53,397 nt of DNA from Myxococcales bacterium (GTDB taxonomy: Bacteria; Myxococcota_A; Polyangia; Polyangiales; Polyangiaceae). The notes beneath the pieces were generated by a model. It saw only the letters and a program-made list of their open reading frames with translations, was not told the origin of the DNA and ran no database searches. Positions 28,351 through 37,276 of this stretch are shown piece by piece. Both the position numbers and the translations under genes were made by a program. Positions within the stretch are counted from its first letter, which is position 1; each line of letters starts with the position of its first letter. Location: contig JAYTOU010000062.1 of assembly GCA_043747615.1 (NCBI GenBank), positions 1-53,397 on the forward strand, read 5' to 3'.

Positions 28351-29109
28351 CTAAGTCCTGCACGCCGAGCGCGGGCGCAAGGTCTGCCCGCGAATCCGAC
28401 GTTCCCGACGACACCGCACGAGCGATCCGTCGGTCAGGGCATGCCAAGGCTCGTCGGTGATGGCTTCCGACGCGACGAGCGCGGTGATCTGCCCTGTCTC
28501 GTCTTGCCTTTCGAGCAAGTAGAGAGAGCGACCACGCCGGTGCGCGTAAAGCCTCTCGCCATCGGACAAGACGAAATTGTACGAGCCCAGCGATGAGGCG
28601 CGCGCCAGCTCGTCCATCGCGTGGTCGATCACGGAGTCCACACCGGCGTCCGAGGCATCCGCCGCCGCAGCCTCTTCGTCCAAGCATGTCAGGAGAAACG
28701 CGAACAGCAGCTCGCTGTCGGTGCTTCCCCGAATTATCACCCATCGTTCTTCTGAGATGCGACTCCGCAAGTAGGCGACGTCGTCGATCATCCCATTGTG
28801 GGCGAAGATCCATCGACCGCTTCGGAAGGGGTGAGTGTTCTCGAGGATGGCAGCGCCAACGGTGCGCTGCCGGATGTGGGCGACGAGGACTTGCCCACGA
28901 GTCTCCTCGGCAAGCGTTGCGAAGGACACGTCCCGTTGGGCGCACGCCGGGCGCTTCCTGAGGAGCCAGCCTTGTTGCGGTTCCCACGCCGCGATTCCCC
29001 AACCGTCCGGGTGTTCGGACGAAAGCACGGCGAGACTGCGCGGGGCGCGACGAAGGCAGAGCCCGAAGTCCATCGTGTCGTTGGTGAGAACCCCGAGCAG
29101 TCGGCACAT
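28351..29109 (-). CDS. class II glutamine amidotransferase (EgtC/YafJ-like)
   Basis: N-terminal MCRL, HPDGWG, NTHPF, FAHNG, GSTDSE. Confidence 0.88.
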   Translation of the reverse strand: MCRLLGVLTNDTMDFGLCLRRAPRSLAVLSSEHPDGWGIAAWEPQQGWLLRKRPACAQRDVSFATLAEETRGQVLVAHIRQRTVGAAILENTHPFRSGRWIFAHNGMIDDVAYLRSRISEERWVIIRGSTDSELLFAFLLTCLDEEAAAADASDAGVDSVIDHAMDELARASSLGSYNFVLSDGERLYAHRRGRSLYLLERQDETGQITALVASEAITDEPWHALTDGSLVRCRRERRIRGQTLRPRSACRT

Positions 29110-29128
29110 TGTTTCTGTGATTTCTAGA

Positions 29129-29144
29129 CGCACGAAGCACGCCG
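29129..29144 (-). promoter_or_regulatory. possible weak sigma54 promoter
   Basis: Minus strand CGGCGTGCTTCGTGCG, -12 C is 21 nt before the ATG. Confidence 0.3.
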
Positions 29145-29343
29145 ATCTCCGAAACGCGCCGCGCGGAAACTTGGCCCCCCCAGGGCCGATCGCCCGCGTC
29201 AGGTTGGCGCCTGTTCGCATCCGCTCGGAACCGACCCTATGACATCGTGGCACACGCACGCCGGCGCTTATGGTCGAGAGTCCTTTGTCGAAATCGGCGC
29301 CGCTGCGACCACATTGCTTCGAAGATTCAAGACCCATCGGCCT

Positions 29344-29359
29344 TGGAACGCAACGTGCT
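29344..29359 (+). promoter_or_regulatory. sigma54 -24/-12 promoter
   Basis: TGGAACGCAACGTGCT; ATG 29373 is 15 nt after the -12 C. Confidence 0.65.
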
Positions 29360-29372
29360 TTGACGTGCAAAC

Positions 29373-29825
29373 ATGGTGATGAGCGTGGGTCGCGGAAGGC
29401 GCACCGGGCGAGCCGCCGCGGTCGAAGAGTTGGCGGCGGACGAGAACGAGAACACGAGGCAGCGCGCCCGTTCGTACGCCGTCATCTTCACCGAGGCCGA
29501 GAAAAAAACCGAGCTTCGCGGTCAGGTCTTCCGCGGGGGACACTTTGACGGGATGGACTTCTCGCGCGCCGACCTTTCCTTCGCGCGGTTTCAAGACGTC
29601 ACGCTCGCCGCCTGCAATTTCGCTCGGGCCAACTTGCGGGGAGCCACGTTCGTTCGATGCGACTTGCGGTGGTCGGCGTTCGATCGGGCCCGTCTCGGGA
29701 AGAACCGTTTCGAGCTCGCCTTCTTTGCGGGTTGCACGGGCCTGACCCGGCCGCAGCGCCTCTACATCGGACGACACGGCGGGACCTTCACGTTGGACGC
29801 ACCACGCGCGGGAGAGCGCGTGTGA
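29373..29825 (+). CDS. pentapeptide repeat protein
   Basis: MDFSR ADLSF ARFQD .. CNFAR ANLRG ATFVR CDLRW SAFDR ARLGK. Confidence 0.8.
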   Translation: MVMSVGRGRRTGRAAAVEELAADENENTRQRARSYAVIFTEAEKKTELRGQVFRGGHFDGMDFSRADLSFARFQDVTLAACNFARANLRGATFVRCDLRWSAFDRARLGKNRFELAFFAGCTGLTRPQRLYIGRHGGTFTLDAPRAGERV

Positions 29826-30085
29826 TGCCCCAGCGGTTTCCGGTCGACGTGACACCCGAGGAAGCGGACGAAGGCTTCGCCCTCACCCTCACCGAAGCGT
29901 CGTCCGGATTCCGAGCGGTCGTGCTGAGCCTTGGTGGCGGTCTGCGAGTCATCAAAGTCCGAGCGGGCAACGGAGCGATTGAATACGTCGTCTGCGATCA
30001 GGAATTCGGACAGCTCTATCCTTCCGCGAAGTCGCTTGCGGAGCTGCGGACGAGGTTTCCGTATCGCTTCATTAGGTCCGCATGA
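29825..30085 (+). CDS. hypothetical protein (86 aa)
   Basis: Coupled on both sides (TGATG and ATGA overlaps). Confidence 0.6.
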   Translation: MPQRFPVDVTPEEADEGFALTLTEASSGFRAVVLSLGGGLRVIKVRAGNGAIEYVVCDQEFGQLYPSAKSLAELRTRFPYRFIRSA

Positions 30086-30798
30086 AGATCGGCCAACTGC
30101 GTGAGGCGCTACGAGAACGAGAGCCGGTTCGCGACGATGAGTTCGACGAGATTTACCCTTTCATGTACCAGCAAGTTTCCGCGCGTTATTGGACCCCGGT
30201 CGAGACGGCGCGGCGCGCGACGGATCTCCTCGTCGGTGAGGGGGCCCGTCGTGTCCTCGACGTGGGTGCGGGCGTCGGGAAGTTCTGCCTCGTTGGCGCG
30301 GCGAGCACGACTCGGGCACGTTTCGTCGGCATCGAGCAGCGCGCCTCTCTTGTTCCCGCCGCCCGCGATGCCATACATCGTCTCGGATCCGAACGCGTCG
30401 AGATCCTCCACGGACGCCTTGAGGACATCGATGCCGATGCGTTCGATGCCTTCTATTTCTACAATCCCTTCGCCGAGAACCTGTTTGGTCGCACGACTCG
30501 GCTTGATGACGATGTCCACCTGTCCCGCAAACGCTACATGGCTGACGTGGGCCAGGCCGCAGCAGTGCTCACCGCCGCACGACCTGGAACGCGGGTCGTC
30601 ACGTACTGCGGGTACGGCGGCAAGATGCCGGCGGGGTACGACATGACTCACGTCGAACATCGGCATTCCGGCCCTCTTGAATTATGGATCAAGCGCGATG
30701 CCGTTCGCGCCTCGGGCATCGCGGCGAGAGGCTGCCGCGACGAGCTCCCATGTTTGACGTCTCGCCAAGAGCCCCATCGCGCAGGCCCAGATGCATAG
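30082..30798 (+). CDS. class I SAM-dependent methyltransferase (paralog 4 of 4)
   Basis: FDEIYP, YWTPV, VLDVGAGVGKFC, GIEQR, YFYNPFAEN, VVTYCG, LELWIK. Confidence 0.85.
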   Translation: MKIGQLREALREREPVRDDEFDEIYPFMYQQVSARYWTPVETARRATDLLVGEGARRVLDVGAGVGKFCLVGAASTTRARFVGIEQRASLVPAARDAIHRLGSERVEILHGRLEDIDADAFDAFYFYNPFAENLFGRTTRLDDDVHLSRKRYMADVGQAAAVLTAARPGTRVVTYCGYGGKMPAGYDMTHVEHRHSGPLELWIKRDAVRASGIAARGCRDELPCLTSRQEPHRAGPDA

Positions 30799-31864
30799 CA
30801 TCACGCTCATTCCGGGAGATGGCATTGGTCCCGAGGTCGCCCTGGCGACCCAGCGTGTGATCGAAGCCAGCGGCGTGCGCGTTCTTTGGGACGTGCAGGA
30901 GGCGGGGGCAGCCGTCGCCGAGAGATGCGGCACCACCCTGCCGAAGGAGGTCCTCGACTCGATTCGGCGAAACAAGGTCGCCCTTAAGGGTCCGATCGGC
31001 ACCCCCATCGGCAAGGGGTTCCGATCGGTCAACGTGACGCTCCGTGTCGCCCTTGACCTCTACGCCAATGTGCGGCCCGTCAAGAGTCTTCCTGGCGTGG
31101 AGCCACGCTTCGAGGGGACCGATATCGTAATTGTGCGCGAGAACACGGAGGATCTGTATACAGGCCTTGAGCTGATGATAATGCCCGGCGTCGCAGAGTC
31201 GTTGAAGATCATCACCGAGAAGGGGTCCACGCGAATCTGCAAGTACGCGTTCGAGTACGCGGAGCGGATCGGGCGAAAGCGCGTCACCATCGTGCACAAA
31301 GCCAGCATCATGAAGCTTTCGGACGGCCTCTTCCTCGAATGCTTCCGCAAGGTCGCCCAGCGTCATCCGCGCATCGAACCCGCTGAAATGGTCGTCGATA
31401 CGTGCGCCATGCAAATGGTTCGCAACGCCAACAAGCTAGACGTCATCGTCACCGAAAACCTCTATGGGGACATCCTGAGCGATATCGGGGCGGGTCTCGT
31501 TGGTGGTTTGGGCATCGTGCCGGGCGCGAACATCGGCGCCGACGCGGCCGTCTTCGAAGCCGTCCATGGTTCTGCCCCTGACATCGCGGGGAAGAACCTC
31601 GCGAACCCGACCGCGCTCATCCAAAGCGCGGTGATGATGCTGCGCCACATCGGCGAGTCCAACGCCGCAGAAACGATCGAGCAAGCTCTCGTCGAGGTCG
31701 TCGGCCGTGGAGTCGCACGAACGACCGACCTCGGTGGCACGGCGACGACCGACGAGTTCACTACGGCTCTCTGCCGGGCAGTTGCCCGTTCGCGACAGGA
31801 GCAGGCGAACGAGGAGCAAGGGATGACAGGCGTGCGAAGGCGCGCGACTGCCCTCGTGTCGTGA
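30791..31864 (+). CDS. icd: isocitrate/isopropylmalate dehydrogenase family, NAD-IDH-like
   Basis: IPGDGIGPEV, RSVNVTLR, RENTEDLY, HKASIMK, NLYGDILSD, EAVHGSAPDIAG. Confidence 0.85.
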   Translation: MHSITLIPGDGIGPEVALATQRVIEASGVRVLWDVQEAGAAVAERCGTTLPKEVLDSIRRNKVALKGPIGTPIGKGFRSVNVTLRVALDLYANVRPVKSLPGVEPRFEGTDIVIVRENTEDLYTGLELMIMPGVAESLKIITEKGSTRICKYAFEYAERIGRKRVTIVHKASIMKLSDGLFLECFRKVAQRHPRIEPAEMVVDTCAMQMVRNANKLDVIVTENLYGDILSDIGAGLVGGLGIVPGANIGADAAVFEAVHGSAPDIAGKNLANPTALIQSAVMMLRHIGESNAAETIEQALVEVVGRGVARTTDLGGTATTDEFTTALCRAVARSRQEQANEEQGMTGVRRRATALVS

Positions 31865-32181
31865 GTGACACTCGAATCGCGCGCTACGAGGCTTGGATTC
31901 AGGAGCTCGAGCGTCGACAAGAGGACATCGCACGCAAGCAACCGGGCTACATCCGGTTCTTCGTGGCCATACCCCTGACGTCGATTCTCGGCTTCATTTG
32001 GGGAAGTCGGATCGGCATCGGCGCGCTGCTGACGGGCATCTTGATGTGTGCCTTTGGATGCTACACCGTGCTCTTTCGCGCCGGGGAATACGAGCGCGAG
32101 CTCGTCGGCTTGCGTCGCGTCGCAGAGGATCTACGTGCTGATGCCCCGCCGACGCAGGCCCGCGGATCTGCGGCGGATTGA
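31861..32181 (+). CDS. small two-TM hypothetical protein
   Basis: GTGA coupling to icd; two hydrophobic segments between helical ends. Confidence 0.6.
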   Translation: MSDTRIARYEAWIQELERRQEDIARKQPGYIRFFVAIPLTSILGFIWGSRIGIGALLTGILMCAFGCYTVLFRAGEYERELVGLRRVAEDLRADAPPTQARGSAAD

Positions 32182-32185
32182 CGCA

Positions 32186-32887
32186 TCATGGCTTTCTCGG
32201 CTTTGGTCGGACAGCCGCAAGCTCATCCCTCAGCTTGGCGGTGGTCTCCTCGGCCAGCGCCACGACCTCCTCGATGGACCGCACCATCCGATCAAGTCCC
32301 CAATCGAGCATGCGCAGCTTGGCGCGCACTTCGCCTTCACCGGTGGCGTCTACGGCCCCGATCAGTGATTGGAGATGGACTCGCAACGTGACGAGCGTCC
32401 TGTCGACGCTGGTCCTTGCCCGCGCAAGGAAATCGTTCTGAAGGCGAAGTATTTCTTCGGTCTTTGCGAGCTGGACACGCTGCTCCTCGCGCTCGTGTCG
32501 GTCGGTCAGGTCTCGCGTCACCTTGACGAATCCACGGATCTCGCCCGTTTCATCGCGCATCGGCGCCATCGTGACGTCCGCCCAGAAGCGAGTGCCATCC
32601 TTGCGAACCCGCCAGCCTTCGAGCTCGACACGCCCCTGAGTGGCGGCGAGCAGCTCGCGATCGGGCTCCGCCGCGTCTCGGTCCTCTGGTGTAAAAAACA
32701 TCGAGAAGTGTTTTCCGAGAACTTCCGCCATCGGATACCCCTTGACCCTTTCGGCGCCCGGAGCCCAGCTCACGACGTTGCCCTCGAGGTCGAGGATGTA
32801 GATCGCGTAGTCCTTTATGTTCTCGAGGAGCAACCGAGCGTTCTCTTCGCTGGACAGCCAAGTCTGATGCTTTGTTTCATTGGCCAT
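32186..32887 (-). CDS. PAS domain plus degenerate DHp-like helices, no ATPase domain (paralog 2)
   Basis: KDYAIYILD..EGWRVRKDGTRFWA..GFVKVTRDLT; FLARARTSVDRTL replaces SHELRTPL; ends without HATPase. Confidence 0.8.
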   Translation of the reverse strand: MANETKHQTWLSSEENARLLLENIKDYAIYILDLEGNVVSWAPGAERVKGYPMAEVLGKHFSMFFTPEDRDAAEPDRELLAATQGRVELEGWRVRKDGTRFWADVTMAPMRDETGEIRGFVKVTRDLTDRHEREEQRVQLAKTEEILRLQNDFLARARTSVDRTLVTLRVHLQSLIGAVDATGEGEVRAKLRMLDWGLDRMVRSIEEVVALAEETTAKLRDELAAVRPKPRKP

Positions 32888-32898
32888 GCGGGCGATTT

Positions 32899-32914
32899 AG
32901 CACGACGTGTGCCC
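32899..32914 (-). promoter_or_regulatory. sigma54 -24/-12 promoter
   Basis: Minus strand GGGCACACGTCGTGCT; ATG 32887 is 13 nt after the -12 C. Confidence 0.7.
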
Positions 32915-33041
32915 GAGCCGATACCCGTCGCGAATCGATCCGGGGGCCGACAAGGCGTTGCTCGCTATGTCACGTTGACGCTTTCTCTGCGACGGCGGTC
33001 GGGACCTTTCGCGCGTACACCGAAAAGCGGCTCTTCGGTTC

Positions 33042-33057
33042 GGGCACGCGGGTTGCT
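33042..33057 (+). promoter_or_regulatory. sigma54 promoter of gdh
   Basis: GGGCACGCGGGTTGCT. Confidence 0.72.
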
Positions 33058-33200
33058 TTGCATATCGGCGATCCCGAGCTCGGTCGCGCCGTTCACATAA
33101 ATCGCCTCCTCCAGTCGATGCGGCCGACTCGGGTTCGCCAAAGCGCGTGGCATCGTCAAGTGAAGCACCATGTCGCCGCACATTCACAGAAAGAGAAATC

Positions 33201-34514
33201 ATGAGCGCAACGCAGCAGCGGGTGTCGTCGGAAGAGACGCCGATCTCGGATGAACCGGAGAGCGGATACGATTTCTACGAAGCGATCCGTGGCTACCTCG
33301 ATGCTGCGTCGCCGATCGCGGGAATCGAGCCGTTCGTCCAGACCATCCTGAGCCAACCGAAGAACGAGATCATCGTCAATTTTCCCGTGCGCATGGATGA
33401 CGGAGAGGTGAAGCTTTTTAAGGGCTACCGGGTTCAGCACAACAACTTGCTAGGACCGTTCAAGGGCGGCATCCGCTTCCACCCTTCCGTGGCGTTGGAC
33501 GAGATCAAGGCGCTCGCCGCGATGATGACCTGGAAATGTGCACTCATGCGCCTGCCCTATGGCGGCGGAAAGGGAGGCATCAAGTTCGACCCACGGAGCG
33601 TGTCGAAGCACGAGCTCCAGAAGATCACGCGCCGCTTCACCCACGCGCTCGGCGCAAACATCGGTCCCGACTACGACGTGCCTGCCCCCGACATGGGAAC
33701 GAATGCGCAGACGATGGCGTGGATGATGGACACGTACGCGAACATGGTCGGCCACGAGAAGCAGACCGTGAAGGGGGTCGTGACCGGCAAGCCCGTGGCG
33801 AGCGGCGGGACTCTCGGCCGGGAGAAGGCCACCGGTCAGGGCATCGTGCACTGCGTCTTCGAGTGGGCCAAGGAGCGCAACTTTACTCTCGCCGGTTCGA
33901 CGATGACCGTGCAGGGATTCGGAAACGTCGGCTCGAACACGGCGGTGATCTTGGCGCGGCTCGGCGTATCGACGATCGCCGTCGGCGATCACACGGGCTA
34001 CATGTTCAACCCCGAAGGCTTCAACGGTCACAAACTACAGGAACACGTCAAGCAACACGGCTCGATCGAGGGCTACGCAGGCGGCAAGCGAATAAGTCGC
34101 GAGGAGTTCTTCGCGACCAAGGCCGATCTGTTCGCGCCGTGTGCACTCGAGAACCAGATCGGCGTCGACGAGGCAAAGGAACTCAACGTGAAGCTGGTCG
34201 TCGAGGGGGCGAACGGCCCGACGAATCCGCTCGGCGAGAAGATCCTGCTCGAGCGGGGAATCGAGATCCTGCCCGACGTCCTTGCCAACTCCGGGGGCGT
34301 CACCGTGAGCTACTACGAGTGGGTGCAGAACAAGCGGTCCGAGAGTTGGACCGAGGAGGAGGTCGAGACGAGGCTCGAGCGCGCGATGCAGCGAGCGTTC
34401 CGTGAGGTAAGCGAGTTCGCGAGGGCCAGGAAGGTCAATCGGCGTCTTGCTGCGTACGCGCTCGCGCTGCAGCGCATCAACGCCGTCTACGTTGAGCGGG
34501 AGATTTTCCCGTGA
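33201..34514 (+). CDS. gdhA: Glu/Leu/Phe/Val dehydrogenase (glutamate dehydrogenase)
   Basis: [47 protein letters not shown]. Confidence 0.92.
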   Translation: MSATQQRVSSEETPISDEPESGYDFYEAIRGYLDAASPIAGIEPFVQTILSQPKNEIIVNFPVRMDDGEVKLFKGYRVQHNNLLGPFKGGIRFHPSVALDEIKALAAMMTWKCALMRLPYGGGKGGIKFDPRSVSKHELQKITRRFTHALGANIGPDYDVPAPDMGTNAQTMAWMMDTYANMVGHEKQTVKGVVTGKPVASGGTLGREKATGQGIVHCVFEWAKERNFTLAGSTMTVQGFGNVGSNTAVILARLGVSTIAVGDHTGYMFNPEGFNGHKLQEHVKQHGSIEGYAGGKRISREEFFATKADLFAPCALENQIGVDEAKELNVKLVVEGANGPTNPLGEKILLERGIEILPDVLANSGGVTVSYYEWVQNKRSESWTEEEVETRLERAMQRAFREVSEFARARKVNRRLAAYALALQRINAVYVEREIFP

Positions 34515-35415
34515 CGCTCGAGGCGGTCAAAGCCACCGGGACCGAAACCGTCAAACGCGGTCTTGCGCGGATGCTCAAGGGAGGCGTCATCATGGACGTC
34601 GTCACGCCCGAGCAAGCCCTCATCGCAAGAAGCGGGCGCGGTCCCGGTCATGGCCCTCGAGCGGATCCTCGCGGACATCCGTGCCATGGGAGGCGTGGCG
34701 CGGATGAGCGACCTCGACCTCGTTCGCCCGCATCATGGACGCCGTCACCATTCCGGTAATGGCGAAAGCCCGCATCGGCCACTTCGCGGAAGCCCAGGCC
34801 CTGCAAGCTCTCGGGGTGGACTTCATCGACGAGTCCGAAGTGCTCACGCCCGCCGACGACAAGTACCACATCGCCAAGTCGAAATTCGACGTACCGTTCG
34901 TTTGCGGCGCGCGCGATCTGGCCGAAACGCTGCGGCGGATCGCCGAAGGCGCAGCGATGATTCGGAGCAAGGGAGAAGCCGGCAGTGGCAACATCGTCGA
35001 GGCCGTTCGCCACGTGCGCACGATCAACGACGAGATTAAGATTCTCTCCGCCGCGCCGCCCGACGAGCTTGTTTCGCGGGCGCGCGACCTCGGCGCGCCG
35101 CTCGACCTCGTGCAGTACGTCGCGCGCGAGATGAGGCTGCCCGTCGTATTGTTCTGCGCGGGCGGCGTCGCGACGCCGGCCGACGCTGCGCTCATGATGC
35201 AGTTAGGGGCCGAAGGCGTCTTCGTCGGCAGCGGCATCTTCAAGTCGAACGTGCCCGCCAAGTTCGCCAAAGCCATCGTCGATGCAACGACGCACTTCAA
35301 CGATCCGGCCGTGCTCGTGGCGGCGCACCGCGACCTCGCCGGCGCCGAGGCGACGTCGGGCATCGACCTCCGGATGCTGCCCGAAAACCAACGGCTCGCG
35401 TCGCGCGGGGTTTAG
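34511..35415 (+). pseudogene. pdxS: PLP synthase lyase subunit with two frameshifts (~34628 and ~34730)
   Basis: [28 protein letters not shown] and [34 protein letters not shown] lie in three different frames. Confidence 0.85.
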
Positions 35416-35423
35416 CTTCTCAC

Positions 35424-35789
35424 GTGAGTGAATCCCTCACGATTGGCGTGCTCGCGTCGCAGGGCGGCGTCATGGAGCTCGTGCGCGCCCTCGCGGCCGT
35501 GGGCGTCACGCCGCGCGAGGTGAGAAACGAGCGCGATCTCGCCGCGGTAGACGCGTTGATCGTCCCCGGCGGCGAATCGACGACGGTCATCAAACTCCTC
35601 GATCGCTTTGGGCTGGCCAAACCGATCCAGGCGCGCGTGCGCGCGGGCATGCCATTCTGGGGCACGTGCACAGGCATGATCGTCGCGGCGCACAACGTGA
35701 CCGGCCTCGATCAGCCCACGCTCGACTTGCTCGATATCACGGTACGCCGAACGCCTTCGGTGGTGCCGGGAGAGGACGCGAATCCGTAG
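35424..35789 (+). pseudogene. pdxT: PLP synthase glutaminase subunit, truncated
   Basis: PGGEST, GTCTGMI; frame breaks at RR/NAFG; the C-terminal FHPE half is absent. Confidence 0.82.
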
Positions 35790-35824
35790 TCGGCGCTCGA
35801 GCTCCCGCGCAGGGGTCGCAGCGA

Positions 35825-36672
35825 AATGTTGATCGCGTGCTCGGAGAGACATTCGGCATTCACCCGCTCGTCATCGAGGACATCTGGTCGGAGCGCAGCA
35901 TCCCCAAGATCGACGAGTTCGACGAGTACCTCTACGTCGTCGTCCACGGTGTGCGGCGCGAGAGCACGCCAAAAAAGGTCGTGCTCTGGGTGCTCGACAT
36001 CGTCCTCGCCAAGGACTTCCTGTTGACGCAGCATCGCGATCCGCTGTCGACTGAGGCCGTGCGCGCGCGGCTCATGAAGGAGCCCCGCCTTCTCGCGGAC
36101 GGCCCTGCGTGGCTCGCGCATGCGTTCGTCGACGACGTCGTCGATCGCTACCTGCCCCTGATAGACGCTCTCGGCAACGCGCTCGAACGCGTCGAGCACG
36201 ACGTCCTCGCTACCTCCGCCGAGTCCGGCGAGCGCGATCTCTTGCCGGAGCTCTTCGCGCTCAAGAGCGCGGTCCACTCGATCGGTCGCATCACGCATCA
36301 CCACCGCGACATCCTGCATCGGCTCTCGCGGTGCGAGCTCCGCGAGGTTCCGCGCGAGGCGATGCCGTATTTTCGCGACGTCTACGACCACTTCACGCGC
36401 GTTGCCGACCGCGCCGACGCGCTGCGCGAGATCGTTGTCGACGCGACCGACGCATTCCTCGGCGTGCAGTCGAAATGAACGCCACGGTCAAGAGGCTCAC
36501 GCTGATCTCGACACTGATACTGCCGCTCACCTTCGTGACGGGGTTCTTCGGAATGAACTTCCGGCACATGCCGGAGCTCGAGTGGAAGTGGGGTCAGCTC
36601 TACGCGCTCGGCCTCATGGCACTCGTCGCTGGAGCGGTCCTCACGTATTTGAAGAAGAAGCGCTGGATCTGA
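35825..36672 (+). pseudogene. corA: CorA Mg/Co transporter, N-truncated with a frameshift at ~36476
   Basis: FGIHPLVIED, YFRDVYDH, then in another frame LPLTFVTGFFGMNF..MPEL. Confidence 0.82.
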
Positions 36673-36699
36673 TCGAAGCGTCGATTTCGAGAAGAGCCG

Positions 36700-36930
36700 T
36701 CAGGACGACTTCTTCTTTGGCACCTTCTTGCCCGCACGGCGCGCCTCCGACAGGCCGATCGCGATCGCCTGCTTCTTGTTAGTGATCTTCTCACCGGTGC
36801 TGCCCGAGCGGAGCGTCCCGTGCTTTCGCTCGTGCATGGTCTTCGCAACCTTCTCGCTGGCTCCCTTGCTGTACTTCCGTTCGATCTTCGCGCTGGTCGC
36901 GGTCTTCGCCTTCTTCTTTTTCGCCGCCAT
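36700..36930 (-). CDS. DUF6496-like small basic protein
   Basis: GTLRSG..KKQAIAIGLSEARRAG; GAGGA upstream. Confidence 0.8.
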   Translation of the reverse strand: MAAKKKKAKTATSAKIERKYSKGASEKVAKTMHERKHGTLRSGSTGEKITNKKQAIAIGLSEARRAGKKVPKKKSS

Positions 36931-37009
36931 GGTTCAGGTCCTCACCTTCCGAAGGTCGACGTGGCGCTCACCGCCCGTCAACCGGAGACGCTACGACGAC
37001 TTCATTTCG

Positions 37010-37025
37010 CGCAGCCCGCGTGCCC
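37010..37025 (-). promoter_or_regulatory. sigma54 -24/-12 promoter
   Basis: Minus strand GGGCACGCGGGCTGCG, 14/16 identical to the gdh box. Confidence 0.55.
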
Positions 37026-37276
37026 ACAGGCGCAAGCATGCGCGACATGGCCCGCGGCGCCTCCGTGTTTGGCGCAGGAATCACAGCAAAAGTTGTCGCC
37101 CTTTGCCGCCCGCTCTTTCGGGACTACGCAGTTGCAGCCTTCGTGTGTGCACGTCGCGCTTTCAGTCATGAAGCGTGTGATGCGGCCGGTCGAGCGAGCG
37201 TTGCACGGTCAGGAGGCGTCGCCCACCCGTTGACCAAGAGCGGACGACGAAGCGTGCCGCGTGCGACACTCACGGC

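Noticed and set aside
29373..29825. Qnr quinolone-resistance gene
   Set aside because: Too few pentapeptide repeats and no Qnr-specific features visible; left as a generic pentapeptide protein.
34511..35415. Programmed frameshifting in pdxS
   Set aside because: Two separate shifts, no obvious slippery site, substitutions in conserved motifs and broken neighbours point to decay or error.
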